A stretch of DNA of 64,000 bases from Nageia nagi. Lineage: Eukaryota; Plantae; Pinophyta. Numbering within the stretch: position 1 is the first letter of the stretch; each line of letters opens with the position of its first letter. The stretch spans positions 126,108,001-126,172,000 of the forward strand of contig JBITNC010000001.1 of assembly GCA_050084985.1 (NCBI GenBank), in the 5' to 3' direction. The translations under genes were made by a program, and so were the position numbers. This document shows positions 1 through 13,050 of the stretch, piece by piece. A model generated the notes under the pieces. That model did no database searches, was not told the origin of the DNA, and saw only the letters and a list, made by a program, of their open reading frames with translations.

Positions 1-501
1 TGTCAAAAAAGTATTATAAGTAAATATGCAAGATAAAATAAGACAATGCAAATATTTTATTTTTCAAATTATCCTATATATTTCACAATGTGTTATTTAG
101 TAAAATAGGAAAAATAATGTATTATAATTTTCTTTTAAATAAAAATAGATAATATCTAGAACCCCATTCATTCTTATGAGATATACTCAAACCATAATGC
201 AATTGTAATACTCATATTAATGCAAGATGAAACTATGAATACCTTATAAATGTAACAAAGAGCAAAATACCACTTACAGGTAAGTAAATATGGAACCAAT
301 CAAACCCCCATAATGTTGGAATTAGGTCACATTATCTAGGCATCCAATATAACACAAACACCACTCCAAAATACCATGTTCCAACTTCTAGTATTATTTT
401 CCTGTACTTATATCTTTTATCTCTTTCCTACACCCTACCCTTCCAAAAAGTAGTGTACTGGAATCTCTCTTGAAGGGAATATGGGCTAACAAATAAGGTA
501 C

Positions 502-2032
502 TGTATATTCATACATAATAAATTCTTTATTAAAGCCCCGGTATACTTTACTTGCAATCATGGGTTCATTTTAAGATCCCCAGGAGTTTTTCTGGAGCAA
601 ACAAAACAGGCCGGAGTCCGGAAGTAAAGCATTCCGGAATTAGATGATGACGTCACAGAGGATAAGATAGTCGCATTTTGGTAAAGATCGGAGATGATGA
701 TGTCAGCAAGGGGTGATTAAAAGACCAGAGTCAGTGGATAAAGCATTCCGGAATGAGATGATAAAAGCTCAGTTGTGGAAAGGCCCGGGTTCCAGAGAAA
801 GCAAGTAAAACATTTTTGGAAGGAGAAGATGACATCACGGGTAGAATAATGTTTACATTTTTGAAGGAAACCGGGTTCTGGAGATGATGAGGTCAGCGAT
901 TCCGAGCCTTGACCCAAAACCGGAGCTCGAAAGTGATGAGGTCAGCAAGAGATAATCAAAGAAGCCGGAGCCGGTAGCTTAAGTGTTCCAGAAGTAAAGC
1001 ATTCCGGATAAAATGATGACATCACGACGGAAAGGATAAAGCTCAGTTTTGATAAATAACGGGTTCTGAAGATGATGAGGTCAGCAAGAGATAATCAAAG
1101 AAGCCAGAGCCGATTAAGTAGAGCATTCTGGAAATGTGAAGATGACATCACGAATTCCGGGCCTTAACCCAAAACCAGATCCCGGAAGCGATGAGGGCTG
1201 CAAAAAGTGATCAAATAGCCGAATCCAGTGAGTAAAATATTCTGAAATGTAGAGACGAAGCCAACAAAAGGTCAGATCACAGTTGTCAAGAAGCGTATCA
1301 TCTGCAATCTCCCATTTTTGTAATATTCTGCCAAGTGGCATATGTAGGTAGTATCAGTTAAAAGAAGGCTAGGATCTTGAAGCTGTTTTTGTAACCGTTT
1401 CTATTCTGCACTTCTTGTAACTGTAGTTACTACAGTATAAATATATGAAAATAAAGTGAGAAAAGGGTCAGAAGCCTAGTATTGCTCTTTACATTTATTC
1501 TCGAAGACCTGTAGTTTTTATCAGTAATATGAAACCATCTTGACCTTTCTTATCTAGCACTCGTAATTGTCATTCTTAATTTGGTTACATCGTGGCAGCT
1601 TGGCTTGTTTCCTGAATGATAATTGCGGGTTGCTAGTATAACTGTGTCTGCTACGTGGTAGAGTAAAGCTGGGAAACTATTAGAGAGTGAGAGCTTGTAC
1701 CGTAGCTGCTACACTAGATTCAGGCCAAGGTTTCACACACTGTGAAAGCCTGCGCTAAACTAGTGATCCACCTTTGCTTTCTCTCTTGTTACCCTAAGCC
1801 TTTTTGCTTAAATTCCTCGCACTCTACTCCTTTTATTTCTTTCCTATTACCCTAACCCTTTTGCTTGAGTTCCTCGCACTCTACTCTTTTATTTCCTTTC
1901 CTGTTACTTTTTCTATGCCCAATAGATAAGGAACCGACCGTCTCCAGAGATCAGACTGTCACTATAGTCTGTTCATGATTTACTTTGGTTAAGATTGCTC
2001 ACGGTGCATATATTACACAATCCTAATCAACA
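502..2032 (+). repeat. 5' LTR of gag-only element
   Basis: Starts TGTATATTCATAC, ends CCTAATCAACA, and aligns along its whole length with 3620-5150. Confidence 0.95.
1436..1443 (+). promoter_or_regulatory. Putative LTR TATA box
   Basis: TATAAATA directly after the palindrome CTGTAGT-T-ACTACAG and downstream of the U3 motif array. The TATA is also present in the 3' LTR. Confidence 0.5.
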
Positions 2033-2043
2033 GTATCTCTTTT

Positions 2044-2061
2044 TGGCACGCCCGGTGGGAC
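2044..2061 (+). other. Primer binding site, tRNA-Arg(UCU)
   Basis: TGGCACGCCCGGTGGGAC is complementary to the 3' end of plant tRNA-Arg (...GTCCCACCGGGCGTG-CCA). It lies 11 nt after the 5' LTR. Confidence 0.85.
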
Positions 2062-2180
2062 ACGAAGAAACTTATTGGTGACTCTGCTGAAGCACTATCT
2101 ATGGTATGTATTAAAGCAAATTATTTGTAAATATCATATGTGCTTTTGAACCTGTCACTCTTTTTTGCAACCTGGAGTTT

Positions 2181-3442
2181 ATGTGGACTAGATCTAAAAC
2201 CAGAGCAACAAAAGAAGCATCGGATTTTAGAACGTTAGATACTCCTAAGAGAAAGACCCTGATCAAGTCCAAGTCTCTGAATAGTATCAACTCCCTAAAA
2301 TCCTTTACCAAGCCAGAATCATCCAATCTTCATACTAGAAATACCTCTCCCGAAATGGCTAATCCAGCTCAGAATATTTATCCAGAATGGGACAATGGAG
2401 TACCAATAGCCTAGCGGTGTTGCATGACACCCCAGCAAATGTTTTCAAAACCCTTCCGGAGTTTGATGTAACATCAGAGAAAATGGCTTACGAGCATTGC
2501 GTTGATGTAGCTGGCCTAGCTAAGATTCACAATATCCAGCATGAAGATGTCATGGTGAGATTACTGGCTCAATCTTTCAAAGGAAAAGTCCTAGATTGGT
2601 ACAGGGGCCTTCCTAACAGATCTATAACTACTTGGGCTCAACTGGCAGAGCCCTTTATCTTGGAATTTAATGAATTAGGAGATCCCTTTTCCTTGTTAAC
2701 ACAATTCACTTCTATCAAAAGATATGAGCAAGAAAATATCTCAGATTTCAATATTAGATTCCAAAAAACTTGGGTGAGAGTCCCAATGCCAGTCAGGCCT
2801 CAGCAATTTCAAGCCTTAATGTATTACCCGAGAGCCTTTCCTCCGGATCTCTCTCTGCAAATCCAAAATTCTGGAGTAAATACTTTTCCATAGGTCTATA
2901 GACAAGCAATATATGCTGAATCTTATCTTATTGTAGTTGGAAAATTGCCAAGTCGCATACCAATGCCTTATTTTCCAATAACAGCCCAACAGCAAATTTT
3001 GAGACCTCAAGCAATTAGTTTGGCTCCACCACTGGCCAGTATCCCCGCCCCTATCCAACAGTGGCCATCAACCTTGCCAGTCCCTAGAGCCCCCTTGGCC
3101 TTATCAGCCCCTCATCAGCTTAATATGAATCAAGGGGTAGCTTCATCGACGGAGATTTAGGAACTCCAAAATTTGTGTAGAAATATGGCAAACCGGATTA
3201 CCATGCTAAGTAGACGAAGCGATGCAAGAAGATATCCTTATCCTACTGTAGAAAAGGCTCAGAATGTGTTGAATGATGATGTAAGCCAAGCTTCCTCTTC
3301 CGGGTCAGCCTCTGGTTTGTGTTTGGTCTGCAATGACTCTCACAAACAAACCACATGTCCTATTTATCAATATCAAGAATATTTATCAAGAAGTGGGGGC
3401 ATTCCTCCGCCTGGTGTAGCTGATGACATAAGCCGGAGATGA
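2181..3442 (+). pseudogene. gag: Retrotransposon gag, disrupted
   Basis: Retrotrans_gag-like motifs LHDTP..LPEFD and WYRGLPNRSITTWAQL, then a Pro-rich linker and a CxxCxxxHxxxxC knuckle (CLVCNDSHKQTTC). One frameshift near 2410 and in-frame TAG stops at 2891 and 3158, probably CAG>TAG. Confidence 0.85.
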
Positions 3443-3619
3443 TGAAGCCATTTTTATTGCTCTTTAAAAAAAAAAAAAAAAAAAATTTCCGAATCCATGT
3501 GGTTCCGGACCCTATGTAGTAGTGAAATGCTTTGGTATTATTTTTTGTTTTTGTTTTTAGGACTGGGTTCTAAATTCCTCTTTGATAAAGGTGAAATTTT
3601 CCCTCAGAGGTCACCATAA

Positions 3620-5150
3620 TGTATATTCATACATAATAAATTCTTTATTAAAGCCCCGGTATACTTTACTTGCAATCATGGGTTCATTTTAAGATCCCCA
3701 GGAGTTTTTCTGGAGCAAACAAAACAGGCCAGAATCTGAAAGTAAAGCATTCCGGAATTAGATGATGATGTCATAGAGGATAAGATAGTCACATTTTGGT
3801 AAAGACCAGAGATGATGATGTCAGCAAGGGGTGATTAAAAGACCAAAGTCAGTGGATAAAGCATTCCGAATGAGATGATAATAGCTCAGTTGTGGAAAGG
3901 CCCGGGTTTCAGAGAAAGCAAGTAAAACATTTTCGGAAGGAGAAGATGACATCACGGGTAGAACAATGTTCACATTTTTGAAGGAAACCAGGTTCTGGAG
4001 ATGATGAGGTCAGCGATTCCGGGCCTTGACCCAAAATCGGAGCCCGGAAGTGATGAGGTCAGCAAGAGATAATCAAAGAAGCCGAAGCCGGTAGCTTAAG
4101 TGTTTCGGAAGTAAAGCATTCCGGATAAAATGATGACATCACGATGGAAAGGATAAAGCTCAATTTTGATAAAGAACAGGTTTTGAAGATGATGAGGTCA
4201 GCAAGAGATAATCAAAGAAGCTAGAGCCGGTTAAGTAGAGCATTCCAGAAATGTGAAGATGACGTCACAGATTCCGGTCCTTAACCCAAAACTGGATCCC
4301 AGAAACGATGAGGGCCGCAAAAAGTGATCAAATAGCCGGAGCCAATGAGTAAAATATTTCAGAATGTAGAGATGAAACTAGCAAAAGGTTAGATCACAGT
4401 TGTCAAGAAGTGTATCATCTGTAATCTACCTATTTTTGTAATATTCTACCAAGTGGCGTATGTAGGTAGTATCAGTTAAAAGAAGGCTAGGATCTTGAAG
4501 CCAGTTTTGTAACCGTTTCTGTTCTGCACTTCTTGCAACTGTAGTTACTACAATATAAATATATGAAAATAAAGTGAGAAAAGGATCGGAAGCCTAGTAT
4601 TGCTCTTTACATTTGTTCTCGAAGACCTGTAGTTTTTATCAGTAATATGAAACCATCTTAACCTTTCTTGTCTAGCACTTGTAATTGTCATTCTTAATTT
4701 GGTTACATCGTGGCAGCTTGGCTTGTTTCCTGAATGATAATTGCGGGTTGCTAGTATAACTATGTCTGCTACATGGTAGAGTAAAGCTGGGAAACTATTA
4801 GAGAGTGAGAGCTTGTACCGTAGCTGCTACACTAGATTCAGGCCAAGGTTTCACACACTGTGAAAGCCCGCGCTGAACTAGTGATCCACCTTTGCTTTCT
4901 CTCTTGTTACCCTAAGCCTTTTTGCTTAAATTCCTCGCACTCTACTCCTTTTATTTCTTTCCTGTTACCCTAACCCTTTTGCTTGAGTTCCTCGCACTCT
5001 ACTCTTTTATTTCCTTTCTTGTTACTTTTTCTATGCCCAATAGATAAGGAACCGGCCTTCTCCGGAGATCAGACTGTCACTATAGTCTGTTCATGATTTA
5101 CTTTGGTTAAGATTGCTCACGGCGCATATATTACACAATCCTAATCAACA
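3620..5150 (+). repeat. 3' LTR of gag-only element
   Basis: Direct repeat of 502-2032, followed by the GGTAC TSD. Confidence 0.95.
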
Positions 5151-8100
5151 GGTACCAATCTTCATACTAGAGGTTGATATTTGAAATGTAGTTCATCTAT
5201 AGTAGCTCCTTTGCTTAGAATTTATGAGAAAATGAATATTGCAAAATCTTGACAAATAGAAATATTTATCCTTAATATTATCATTGATTCCACACTTCAA
5301 CTTTATATTATTTTCAAATCCTTGGAGATTATTAATTAGATTCTCCCTCATCATTAAAATTATCTAATTTAGGTTCATTATTTGTTCCCATGAGAATAGC
5401 ATTTCTAATTTCTATGTTCAAGAGATTCAATTTATCTTTTGTGGTAATAAAGCCTTCATATTTTTATGAAATCAGGTAAATTTGAGCTTCCAACCTTGTA
5501 AAGTATTCAATGCTAATATTATAGGAAACATGAGTTCAAACCCTAGCATTCGTGCTACTGTTAGCATTAATACTCTTGTTATCATATGTTTGATCATTAT
5601 TCATTTTATTTTGCACTTTAATGTATGCCTTTATATGAGCATCAATATGAGCATGAACGTTTAAAGAAAGATTGTCTTTCTTAAAGAAAAATATGGCCTA
5701 TTTGAAAAGCAAGTATTCCAACCCTAATTGAGAGATAGATATACTGAGGTAGGCACCAATTTGTTGAATGCTTTTAGTGACCCCTAAGAATAACATAGGT
5801 AGAAACTAAAGTAACATTCATATTTAATGATGCTTAATATATCAAATAATAATAATGAAATAATAGTATATAGTAATAATCTAAAGTATGTAACACATAT
5901 AAAGATATATAAACAACTACTTATTGAATAAAATCTAATGAAAACTTACAGTAGTGAGAAAGAGATTCAAAAATATAAATATCTATCACTTTAAATGGAT
6001 ACTATGTAAATTACAATGTATTAACAATGTAGATCTTAGAATGTGATTATTTTAGACAAATGAGATAAAGTGACTCACATTTGTGTTATTATGTACTCCA
6101 TGACTAGGGATTGGTATTGAAAATCAAGGAAACATGCATGTTTGTATTCCCTCAATTTAATGTTCATTATCAAGACCCAATAATAGTGTAATGATCAAAA
6201 AACATAATCTAGAATGTAATAACAAATAACAAAATGATAATGTTCATGTGATAATTCAATTTTAATCTCAAGAGGTAGTGTTGAAGAACACCTTAAAGTA
6301 GTAGTTGAGTATGAATATTAAGATAAAGATTTAGTAACCTCCTTATGTAGATCAATCCTCCATTTGTAGGAAAGTAATATCCTAATATGCATGCCTATAA
6401 GTTACCAATGATGTTAGGGTACCTTACACAAGAAAATATAAAAGTATATGAGAAGACATTCATAGTGACCCATCATAAGATATAATACATAATCATCTTA
6501 TATAAAGTTGAACCTAATAAACTCAAACCTAAAGGTGGATAAAATTAAGGTTCAATACTTTCCTAATGAGTTTTACAAGATATTTGAAGCTATGATTGGT
6601 CCATATTTACTTAGAGTTAATAGAAAACCTATTCTCTTTAGCTCTATAGGTAAAGTTATCAATAAATGAAGCATTAAGTTTGTGCATAAGTAAGGAGATA
6701 TGAAGTTGATTAGTAGTTGGTATATTTTTAAGCCTCTTAATATAAATTATAATATTATTGATAAAGATCTTTCTCTTAACCTTCAATCCTTATACCCTTG
6801 AATGGTTATCCAAAATAAACTAGTTTTATTCAAAGCAATTTATCTTGCATAATATCATTGTTGTTGGTGAGGGGTTAGATAGGGATAAATAATCATAATA
6901 AAACACCATACACACTAAAATATTTTTAAAAAAATATTATGCTCCTATTGAGTCAAATTTTAGTTATTTTATGCTTTAATCCTTATTATTTGGATCTCAT
7001 TTTGTTTAGTCTATTAAAATACTCCTTTTTAAATATTCAAAAAATGTCTAATCTTGATACAACCCAATCTAAAGTAATTAGCCCATTTCATCATATTTAT
7101 TAAGATTTTTCCTTAGTTCCTTTGTATGTGTTAGCTTATGAAGCTTTTGGTTATTTGCTTGCCCATAAATACCTACCTTGTTTAGTTAGAGGCATTGGTT
7201 TTCCCTCTAATCAAGGTCAAATTTTGAATGCGCATTTTATTTATAAATTGTTCCTCACATTATGCAAGGATGAGTAATCAATCACATAGGTCATGTATTG
7301 ATTAGATATTTTTTATAAGGCCTCTAATTAAAGTATTCAATGGCATAAAAGCCCTTTATATTCATTTTATTTTTCATACATCCACTAGTTAACTATATGG
7401 TTCAAAATGTTGAATGACAATTTGAATATTGGTTTATTAACAAACACATTTTAGCAAAAAATATCAATTTTGTTCCAATGTGCTTTCCATTACATATGTT
7501 TATCATTATTCATGTTGGGTTCTATCACATAATGGATATAACAAAATTGAAAATATTCTTCATAAATTTATTTGATTTGAATCTTTAATTAAGAAATAAT
7601 TTCATAGGGTAGCTTAAGATGTGTTTTATCTACATACACCTGTAGGACAAATATGGCTTTTGGATTGCAAAAGATAAAATTATAACTCTATATTAAATGC
7701 ATAATTCACTTGTAGTGAAAGAAAATGAGAACTAGGAAATTATTATTAGATATCTTCTTTCTATATGTTATACTTTCGATTATTGAGATTGAAGAGGAAA
7801 TGAACTCTTTATCTTTCTATGTAGTCCCTCTTCCTATCAAAAATTATGACCTTTATTATTGTGAAGAAAATATGGTAAGTTTGGGAGAAAATAAAACCTT
7901 TTTTGTTGTGGAAAGTTGATAGTATTTGTTAAGGATTATCCATGAATAATTTAAATTTATTGAGGTACCATATTTTTATACATTATGTGAATCTTGTTTC
8001 TTTTATACATTGGATAAATTCTAAAAATCTTTATATAATGGGCATTTTTTTAGTTATGGACTTTTACTTCCATCATATGTAAAAGAGATTGGATTCCCTA

Positions 8101-9556
8101 CATAGAGTTTATATATATATATAGTTTGAAACCTTCATACAAAATTTTTATATGATATTGTTATTACTTTTGCTACTCTATCCATATAAATTGGGATTTA
8201 GGTAATAAAAATCTTGATGGCCTGAATTGGGTTGGTATTTTCATGCTGCTTTTTATAATATAAATATACAAAAGGTTATTCTTAGGTATCATCATATTTT
8301 CTATGATATATAAGTTAAGTGAAAAATATGATTTTTTTTATTAAAACTAAATGGTCTATTAGATATGATACAAACTGAGCATCTTTATTTGAACCCAAGA
8401 AATCCTTTCTTGCATGAAGAGCCTTCAAATGTTGTCAGAGCCTCCATGTTGGAATATGACTTGTGCAATTATGTGTTGCATATTCCAAATTTCCTTTTTG
8501 ATATGAAATTTAGTCTTATTAGGCTTTTATCTTTCATGAAATCCCCATTTAAGAAGTACTTGTGATTGTAACCTTGGGATCACCCTCAAAGGTTGCAAAC
8601 TTAAATATGTTTGAACCTTTGATTGATTGTATGAGTGCAATCTGAATTATGCAATATTGATCCCATGGTGTGTACAAAAATCTTTCTCCAATATCTAGGG
8701 CCTCACGAGTTAAGTCATGTAACATCTTTTACAAGAATGGAAGTGTAGTTTTAGAGATTATCTATTAATGAAGGTTACATGGTTGATAGATTATTTGTTG
8801 ACCAATACTATCTTTGACTTCATGATTGAATATAAGGACTCAAAATTTCATTTAACTTCTACTACTAATTTGGTAAGGGAATTATCCTAAAAAATTATAC
8901 TAACATGAAGTTTATATGATATTATATTAAATACGGAAGTTTAATAATTTCAATGCAACATCATACGGAAATAAACTATATCATCCATAAATAGATGGGA
9001 TTTATGAAGAACATATAAAATTATTATCTTCTACATGTATACACATTGTTAGAGATTTCCATGATGGAATCTTTTAAGAAAAATGTGGATCTAGATCACA
9101 AAAGGATTTAAATTAATCCTACTAAATAATATTATTTTACCAAATACGTAGAATCCCATACCCATAACTCTAACTTATTTCAATATCCTTCTTCAAATCC
9201 CCATCAAAAATATGTAAATTCTTAAGATGATTCTTTTGTAAACCTTTCCATAACTCTACAAAATTCACTTTTTATGGTCTTATAGAGTATGGGTATTATT
9301 TCTCTAAATTTGGAATAGCTTACTTGAATTCATATTTTAGATCCTTTGAAATCTAAATTAATTGAAATTATAAAATTATATTAATAAGAGTAAAAATATC
9401 AAAATGTAAATTATGACCTTTATGTTTTTCTAAATACATGATTAATAACTACATATAATAGGATATAATATCATATTAAGTAATTTATATATGATGCAAA
9501 TTTTATTATGATTTACTTAATAAAAATATTATTTACATTCCACACATATCTTATCA

Positions 9557-10137
9557 GGGTCAATACAAGAAGTTGTGTCTACTTTAAGGCAAGAAAGTGG
9601 AAGTGTTTCTTGATTTTCATGTTTTATCACAATGGATCTTAAAATTTGAAGTGCTTACACACAGAATATTGAAAAAGGTCATTGAGGTGAAAATATAGTG
9701 CTCATAGTCTAGTTTTCAAATAATTAATTTATTCTAATACCCAAATAATAAAAATTAAATTTTGTTGGGGATGAAAAGAAACCACTTTTAAAAATATACT
9801 ATTTTAGGAGCTAAATCAGATTATTATTTTAAAATCCTTTTGGAAAAATATAACTAATAGAATGAAGCTTGTTTTGGATATTTTTTAATATTTTTTTCTT
9901 CAATATTTATTTTATTATTTATTTTTATTTGTTGTGATTATTGTTTCAAAAATTACTCATGTTCAACATGTATAATTTGACCTAAAATTATCAATTTTTT
10001 ATTTTTATTTTTAAATTTTGTAGAGAATTATCTATAGCTTGTCCTCATATATAATAGAAAAAATAAGAATTTAACAATTAGTCTCATCTTCCAGCAAGAG
10101 TTCCTCTTTATGTGGACTCATCTTCTTGCACCCATGT
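9557..10137. mobile_element. MITE of the Sola-like family (581 bp)
   Basis: Imperfect ~24-bp TIRs (GGGTCAATACAAGAAGTTGTGTCT ... GGACTCATCTTCTTGCACCCATGT). 4-bp TSD ATCA at 9553-9556 and 10138-10141. Reverse-complement homolog of 56036-56659 and of the end at ~51950-52154. Confidence 0.8.
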
Positions 10138-10411
10138 ATCAAATCATAAAAAATATTGTTACGTATATGTAGGCATATAAAAATGATTTTTTATTTATTC
10201 TAAAATCATATTATTATTGGAGAATGTAGCCAAGAGTGTTTCCATTAATTATGAAGATGGGTACAAATACAAGGTTTGGATTATTCTAGTATAATAATGA
10301 AATAACCACCATGATATGAAACCCTAAAAATTATTATTGTACATTAGTGATAATACTAATGTATGTTATTATTTATTTATCTAATGTAGATACCTAATGT
10401 GTTATTTCAAA

Positions 10412-10549
10412 AATCCCTCGATAATACATTAGGTATTCAAACTTTCAATTGTCTAAAGATTCGATGAAGATATCTGCAATATGCTTCTTCATGGAAATCT
10501 AATGGAGTTGAATATTGTGCAGTGAAACATGGTTGTGGATGAAATTCAC
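10412..10549 (-). pseudogene. Ty1/Copia RNase H C-terminal fragment
   Basis: Minus strand translates to VNFIHNHVSLHNIQLH*ISMKKHIADIFIESLDN*KFEYL, matching the copia HFIR...QxADIFTKxL...F motif. Confidence 0.65.
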
Positions 10550-10596
10550 CTAGAAAAAGTTAAATATTTAAATATGCTTATTTACCAAACATAATG

Positions 10597-10814
10597 CTAC
10601 TTTATTTATGCTTCTATATATTATGGTGTTTATATAGATGTATATGTGATTCGCAAAATCAATAACCTTATTTTACATAATCTGTTACATAAGGATCAAT
10701 AATATCTACTTTATTTATGCTTCTATATATTATGGTGTTTATATAGATGTATATGTGATACGTAAAATCAATAACCTTGTTTTACATAATCTGTTACATA
10801 AGGATCAATAATAT
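10597..10814. repeat. 109-bp tandem duplication (2 copies)
   Basis: CTACTTTATTTATGC...GGATCAATAATAT at 10597 and 10706, differing by about 3 substitutions. Confidence 0.95.
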
Positions 10815-11579
10815 ACAATTAGAGAAACACTTAAATAATAATAATTTTCTATTGAGGAGGATTTTGATCATGAAATGGATTTGTATATTTTTTTATGATA
10901 AAATGCATCCAAATTCATCTTGGGCATTGATAATAATATATTTATATATCTATATACACCTATTTAGCATATCTCAAAAGTATAAAATCAATTTCATATC
11001 ATATTCAAATAGTGTTGAAGCATGAATTTCTTCAAAAATCACCTTTTTATGGTAATCATGAATTCTGTAACTCTAGGTTTTTTAAAATTTATTTTTCTAC
11101 TAAATTTTATTTTTGCGTTATATTTTCAATTTTCTTGTAAAAGAAAGTGCCATGATTTGATCAGAATTGTTAATATCTTTGTATTTGATATATTTTGAAT
11201 AGAATACGTTAATAACGTCAAGTAAGATACTTAATAAGGTTTATAAATAACATATTCATAATTTTATATGATACTAAAATTTTAGATTTGATCATAACAT
11301 AATATAAATACAAATGCTAAGTAAGTAAACTCTCTCTTAGATCTAGATAAAAAATAATTTTAAATTACACATTAATTTATATAATGAACTTTTTTTAAGT
11401 TTAGAAGTTTGTATATTTCTACAATACTATTAATTTACTATTATGTAAAATGTCCAAACCCAAAGGTTGAACTAGAAGTTATTATTATTCGAGCATATAC
11501 ATATAGATACTTATATTTTCTTGTGTATTAAATTTACGAACTATTTTTGTTATGTTAATATATTATTTTAAAACTACTG

Positions 11580-13050
11580 GTTGACTTCAAAATGATGCCT
11601 AGATTGACTTTTCACCACATCAACTTTTTTTAAGATCAATTTGTATATAAGATAAAAGGCCTGTAACTTCGATACAAACATATCATGTTAGAAATTATAA
11701 CATGCGAGCACATACATAACAATGTAAATTAATACCTCCCTCCCGTCAATGTACATAATAATAAATTCTATCGTGTTGGTTTTAATTTTCTGCAGAACCC
11801 TATAAGAAGGAGACGTAACACCAACCTTACAACTTTAATCGTGTACCGATGAATAATCGATGGCCTGAATAAAAGAATGAATAAAACCTGACACGTCCAT
11901 AATATTTTATGGCTAGGAGGATTCGCCTGCAGTGTTTTCCACGAAAGTAAAGCATTATGGCACATGAATTCATCTCTACCGTTGTTTGCTGACGAATTGT
12001 AGCTACGCGGGTCCGCGATCTTTTGGAAGTATTCCCGGTTAATTCGGCTATTTAGAATTTTAGAGTATACGTCGGAAAAGTATTACTAAGTATTGACTGT
12101 ACGAGACTATTCCCGATTAATTCGTTGATCATTTAAATTTGGAGGAGACTAGCATAATTTCGTAAGTAGTAGGAAGCAAAGGTTATTCAGCAAACGAATC
12201 ACCCATCACATATGTTCTGACGTTTTTGATGGGAAAAGTTTTGTGGCCAGAATAAAAAAAATAAAAAAATTGATAAAAAAAAAATATTAATTGTAGATTT
12301 TTTAAAAATGTTTTGTAGGAGTTTGAATTTGAGTTGTTGGATTTGAAATTCAACATTTTTAGTATTATATTATATTATTGATTATGAATTTGAGTGGTAA
12401 TCATTCTATGTCGGTTTTGATAATGGTAATGTGATTCTTATTTATGTATTTTTTAAAAATATAAAAAAAATCTTATTGCAAATCTCTATTGCAATACTAG
12501 TTTTCTTAACCATAATACCCTAAAATACATGAATCCACCACACCGATGATTACCTTCTCTGTAGTAGGAACGACATTGCACTGATCGTTAGTATTTTGTT
12601 TATATGGGGCCTAAATAACTAGTACCAAACTCTTATTTCTGAAGTTTGTTAATCATTTCAAAACACACGCTCGGTCAACTATATAAAATCTATTATGTTG
12701 TATTCTGAAGCGTATTAATTATTATTATAATTATTATTACTATTATTATCAATTTGCTACCCTCGGTCAACTATGAAATAATCGATGGAACAATTTGACA
12801 TGGCCATGGGGGGACCGCGTTCAGCTCTTTTCATGAAACTAAATCATAATTGCACACGATTGACCATTGCTGAAACCCCAACCCCACAAGGGTTGCGATA
12901 TCCTCGCACATGAATTATTGAACATACTTTCTACGTATGGAAGCTAATGAATTCCAGTCAAATCGTGTGATGTCCAACTGTAGCTACGCGGTGTAAAACC
13001 CATCCTAAGGCTTCCCGGTCAATTCGGCTATTTAGAGAAGACTTGACTTG
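11580..13050. promoter_or_regulatory. CpG-retaining island with clustered W-boxes and CGCG boxes (putative enhancer or orphan promoter)
   Basis: Many CpGs compared with the flanks. TTGACY/RGTCAA at 11581, 11604, 12093, 12673, 12765, 12860, 12956, 13017 and 13043. CGCG cores near 12006, 12014, 12816 and 12987. Duplicated module at 11998-12056 and 12979-13036. Confidence 0.55.

Larger units (their letters stand above)
502..5150 (+). mobile_element. Non-autonomous gag-only (TR-GAG-like) Ty3/Gypsy LTR retrotransposon, Tat-like lineage
   Basis: Two 1531-bp direct repeats with TG...CA ends (502-2032, 3620-5150). Identical 5-bp TSD GGTAC at 497-501 and 5151-5155. tRNA-Arg PBS. The 1.59-kb interior holds only gag, with no PR/RT/RH/INT. 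Confidence 0.95.

Noticed and set aside
3466-3485. A20 as the tail of an inserted retrocopy or SINE
   Set aside because: No flanking TSD or recognisable SINE/mRNA body. More likely part of the element's 3' UTR.
5156-9550. Short ORFs (5482, 7725, 8365) in AT-rich DNA
   Set aside because: Lengths are at chance level with no motifs or exon structure.
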